64,000 nucleotides of DNA, from the NCBI GenBank assembly GCA_039798785.1, contig JBDKFG010000011.1, positions 20,600 to 84,599 of the forward strand, in the 5' to 3' direction. Within the stretch, counting starts at the first letter, position 1. The number at the start of each line of letters is the position of its first letter. Positions 60,725 to 64,000 of this stretch are shown in pieces. A program made the translations under genes and the position numbers. This stretch comes from Verrucomicrobiota bacterium (GTDB lineage Bacteria > Verrucomicrobiota > Lentisphaeria > Lentisphaerales > Lentisphaeraceae). The notes under the pieces are model-generated. The model did not search any database, was not told the origin of the DNA, and saw only the letters and a list, made by a program, of their open reading frames with translations.

Positions 60725-62074
60725 ATGAGCTACCACCCCCTCGCCCAGAAGCACAACGAAGCTCTCCAGACCCACCCCCAGCTCTTCGAGCAGTTCTCCG
60801 ACTTCGGCAAGCGCATCTTCTTCCCCTCGCAGGGCATCCTCGCCCAGGGCGCAGAAGCCCAGAAAGGCGCCACCCTCTATAACGCCACCATCGGCATCGC
60901 CACCGAAGGCGGCAAGGCCATGGCCCTCTCCACCATCTCCAGCCAGAGCAACATCCCGCACGCCCAGTACCTGCCCTACGCTCCTTCCTACGGCCGCCCC
61001 GACCTGCGCGCCAAATGGAAAGAGCTGATCTACGCCAAAAACCCCTCGCTCTCCGGCAAGGCCATCTCCCTGCCCGTCGTCACCAACGCCCTCACCCACG
61101 GCCTCAGCGTCGCCGGCATGCTGTTCATGAACCCGGGCGATGTCCTGGTCACCTCCGACCACTTCTGGGACAACTACGACCTGCTCTTCACCCACACCCT
61201 CGGCGGCAAAATCGCCTTCCACCAGACATTCAACGCCCAGGGCGGCTTCAACTCCGACTCGCTCAAGGAAGTCGCCTTGCGTGAAGCCAAGGGCCGCCGC
61301 AACATCACCATCGCCCTCAACTTCCCCAACAACCCCACCGGCTACTCGGTCACCAAGCAGGACCTGCCCGGCATCGTCGCCGCCATCAAGGCCGTCGCCG
61401 ACGCCGGCCACCGCGTCACTGTCATCTGCGACGACGCCTACTTCGGCCTCTTCTTCGAAGAGAACGTCCTGAAGGAGTCGATCTTCGCCTCGCTCGCCGA
61501 TCTCGACGAGAAGGTGCTAGCGGTCAAGGTCTGCGGCGCCACCAAGGAAGACTACGTCTGGGGTCTGCGTTGCGGCTTCCTCACCTACGCCTGCAAAGGC
61601 GCCTCGGCTGAAGCTCTCGCCGCCCTCGAGCACAAGACCGCAGGCACCGTCCGCGCCACCGTCTCCAACATTTCCAACCTCGGTCAATTAATGGTCCTCA
61701 ACTCCCTCAACCACGCCGACTACGCCGCGCAGAAAGAGCAGAAATTCAACTTGATGAAGGAGCGCTACGAGACGGTCAAGCAGGTCATCGCCGCCAACCC
61801 GCAATTCAGCAAGTACTTCGTCGCCTACCCCTACAACTCGGGCTATTTCATGTGCGTCAAGATGGCGGCCGGCATCAAGGCCGACGAGTTCCGCAAGTAC
61901 CTGATCAGCGCCAAAGGCATCGGTACCATCGCCATCGGCGAGAGCAACATCCGCGTCGCCTTCTCCTGCCTGGAGAAGGGCCAGATCGCAGACCTCTTCG
62001 CCAAGATGTACGAGGCCGCCGCCGAGTTCACCGAAAAGATGCAAGGCGGCTGCTGCGGTGGCGGCTGCCACTAA
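60725..62074 (+). CDS. Class I/II PLP-dependent aminotransferase
   Basis: YNATIG, NFPNNPTG, DDAYFG, ATKEDYVWGLRCG, NSGYF. Confidence 0.9.
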   Translation: MSYHPLAQKHNEALQTHPQLFEQFSDFGKRIFFPSQGILAQGAEAQKGATLYNATIGIATEGGKAMALSTISSQSNIPHAQYLPYAPSYGRPDLRAKWKELIYAKNPSLSGKAISLPVVTNALTHGLSVAGMLFMNPGDVLVTSDHFWDNYDLLFTHTLGGKIAFHQTFNAQGGFNSDSLKEVALREAKGRRNITIALNFPNNPTGYSVTKQDLPGIVAAIKAVADAGHRVTVICDDAYFGLFFEENVLKESIFASLADLDEKVLAVKVCGATKEDYVWGLRCGFLTYACKGASAEALAALEHKTAGTVRATVSNISNLGQLMVLNSLNHADYAAQKEQKFNLMKERYETVKQVIAANPQFSKYFVAYPYNSGYFMCVKMAAGIKADEFRKYLISAKGIGTIAIGESNIRVAFSCLEKGQIADLFAKMYEAAAEFTEKMQGGCCGGGCH

Positions 62075-62093
62075 GCCCCGCACCCTAGTTCTC

Positions 62094-62132
62094 AAGCATC
62101 CCCTCGGCGCCGTCCGGAGGGATGCTTTTCTT
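62094..62132 (+). terminator. Intrinsic terminator
   Basis: AAGCATCCC..GGGATGCTT hairpin followed by TTCTTT. Confidence 0.7.
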
Positions 62133-62174
62133 TGCGGAGAATCGAGCGGCTCCGTAGCCCGCGGCTTGCTTATT

Positions 62175-62774
62175 TTATTCGGAAAGAAGAATCGCGGCGA
62201 GATGATCAAGGGCGCAGCGGGCATCGCGCAAGAAGCTTTCCCGCGTGGCACGGCGGCAGGGATCGCTGAGGGTTTTGATCAGGCGGTGCCTGATCCCGTG
62301 GGCCCTGGCGAGGGCGGCGAATGCATAGCCCTCCATGTCGACCAGGCTTGCGCCCTGGGCGGCCAGAGCGGCCCGGCGCTCCTCGCTCCATACCGGCGCA
62401 GTGACGCTGATCAGGACAGCTCCCTGGCCGCAGCCGAGCTCCGGCCAGGCAGCTTGGATGAGGGGTGACGACGTTTCGCCGCCATGATCGAACCGGATCT
62501 TTCCAGGCTCATGCAAGCGCCCGAGTTGGAAATCGTCACCCAGCCAGCCAGCGATCCCGCAGTTGAGGTGCTCCCCCAGGAGATGTGAGGGATCGGCGGC
62601 CAGCCAGCTTGAATAGCCGGCGGCAAAACTCGTCGCGCCGAGTCCGCAAACCACCAGAATGGAGGAGTCGCGCAAACGCCAGGCCTTGCAGGCGCTAGGG
62701 GAGTTCAGGATTTGTGAACCGCGTAAAAACGCTTCAGCCTCGAACTCGGTGGCGACAAACAGGCTGCGACTCAT
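62175..62774 (-). CDS. Nucleoside phosphorylase/MTA-SAH nucleosidase-like protein
   Basis: VATEFEA, NCGIAG, VDMEGYA, IKTLSD. Confidence 0.75.
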   Translation of the reverse strand: MSRSLFVATEFEAEAFLRGSQILNSPSACKAWRLRDSSILVVCGLGATSFAAGYSSWLAADPSHLLGEHLNCGIAGWLGDDFQLGRLHEPGKIRFDHGGETSSPLIQAAWPELGCGQGAVLISVTAPVWSEERRAALAAQGASLVDMEGYAFAALARAHGIRHRLIKTLSDPCRRATRESFLRDARCALDHLAAILLSE

Positions 62775-63427
62775 GGCAGCCTCCAGTCAATCGCATTCTG
62801 GCCGCGGCTGAGGAGCCAGGAGTTGACGGCGCTGAAGGGCTTCGAAGCGAAGAATCCGCGGTAGGCCGAGAGCGGCGAGGGATGGGCGGATGAATGGACG
62901 AAATGGCGCGCGTGATCAATCAGTTTTGCCTTCTTCTGGGCCGGCCCGCCCCAGAGGACGAAAGCACATGACCTCCTTCGCTGCGCCAAGGCCCGGATGG
63001 CGGCATCGCTAAACTCCTCCCATCCCTGCCTGGAATGAGAGAAGGCTTCTCCCCGCCGGACCGTCAAGGTGCTGTTGAGCAGGAGCACCCCTTGCCTGGC
63101 CCAGGCGCTCAAGTCGCCCGATGACGCCGCCAAGCCCAGGTCGTCCTGCAACTCCTTCAAGATGTTTTTCAGCGAGGGTGGAGCCGCCACCCCTGGTGGC
63201 ACTGAGAAACACAGTCCATGCGCCTGCCCGGGGCCATGATATGGATCCTGACCAAGGATCACCACCTGCGTCGCTTCAAAAGGACAGAGCTCAAAGGCTC
63301 TGAAAACTTCATTCTCAGGTGGATAGACTTCGCCACGGCGACGCTCTGCCGCGATGAAACGCTGCAAATTCTCGTGGCGGATCGAGCCGAGCTCTGCCGC
63401 CAAAGCTTGTTGCCAATCAGAGGTCAT
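62771..63427 (-). CDS. ung: Uracil-DNA glycosylase, family 1
   Basis: GQDPYHGPGQAHGLCFSV, GVLLLN, HPSPLSA. Confidence 0.97.
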   Translation of the reverse strand: MTSDWQQALAAELGSIRHENLQRFIAAERRRGEVYPPENEVFRAFELCPFEATQVVILGQDPYHGPGQAHGLCFSVPPGVAAPPSLKNILKELQDDLGLAASSGDLSAWARQGVLLLNSTLTVRRGEAFSHSRQGWEEFSDAAIRALAQRRRSCAFVLWGGPAQKKAKLIDHARHFVHSSAHPSPLSAYRGFFASKPFSAVNSWLLSRGQNAIDWRLP

Positions 63428-63520
63428 GTGTAGTCCCGGAGTCACCTTGGTAGCTATTTGAAGAAGATACACTCATTTCCGCTCGGCGATCAACATCTTT
63501 AAATAAATTGCCTTCTAAAC

Positions 63521-63549
63521 TTGCGCCGCTCAAAAAGTTGGCTTATAAT
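63521..63549 (+). promoter_or_regulatory. Sigma-70 promoter of the transposase gene
   Basis: TTGCGC-N17-TATAAT. Confidence 0.65.
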
Positions 63550-63580
63550 TGAGTGCATGAACTCCATTGGAGAAGGGCGT

Positions 63581-64000
63581 ATGGCCAGAAGCAATCGTCG
63601 CTTGCATGAGCAGATCCGTGGTTTCTACCACGGATTCAGCCGGGTTGCCGGGCAAAAAAACGGTTATTATCCCTTCGAGGACAAGCGGGAGCGCGATCTC
63701 TTCGCGGCCAAGCTCGATCAGGTCTCCCAATTCTTCCTCGTCTATGTGGGCTTTTACGCCTTCATGGGCAATCACTTCCATCTTCTCTTCGAAATGCTCG
63801 GGACGGAGCATTTGAAAGACCCTGAAATTCAGGCTCGTTACGAAATCTACTACGCCAAGGCGATCGCCGCGGGGCGGCATAAGATCCCGGATTGGAAACG
63901 CCCCGAAGTGGTGGCGGCGATCCGCAAGCGGATGAGCAGCCCCTCCGAATTCATGCACGACCTCAAGGGACAGTTTGCCGCGGAGTACAACGTTCGCCAC
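63581..64000 (+). mobile_element. REP-associated tyrosine transposase (RAYT, Y1/HUH family), runs off the window edge
   Basis: Manual translation MARSNRR...FYHGFSRVAG...YAFMGNHFHLLFE...RKRMSSPSEFMHDLKGQFAAEYNVRH; HUH motif NHFHL; absent from the ORF track because no stop lies in the window. Confidence 0.85.

Noticed and set aside
63530..64000. 156-aa minus-strand ORF at the right edge
   Set aside because: It is antisense to the RAYT frame, which has a promoter, RBS and family motifs.

Overview
High-GC bacterial chromosome segment. Gene content, Tat/lipoprotein exports and short tandem-palindromic intergenic repeats suggest a PVC-group organism such as Lentisphaerota, but this is inference only. 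Most of the window is housekeeping: ispD, carboxynorspermidine-synthase-like dehydrogenase, pfp, xerD, hisG-moaC, accB-asp23-amaP, tRNA-Ala(CGC), pheS, lptF/G, rsmG, degT, rsbU-mreC-mreD and ung. A 13.6-kb minus-strand respiratory operon encodes alternative complex III (actABCDEF plus a small ORF), SCO and an A2-type caa3 oxidase. The most notable unexplained structures are: (1) a REP-associated HUH/Y1 transposase at the right edge, missed by the ORF track, whose promoter core recurs 54 kb away beside a cluster of REP-like palindromes; (2) small MITE-like elements with terminal inverted repeats and 8-bp target duplications; (3) a diverged tandem pair of the rsmG-to-degT interval in which each copy carries different cargo genes; (4) a ~170-nt highly structured intergenic RNA candidate with a tRNA-type T-arm upstream of tldE; (5) a di-heme ActE whose extra domain is paralogous to the CoxII cytochrome c domain. 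All calls were made by eye from motifs; no database searches were run.
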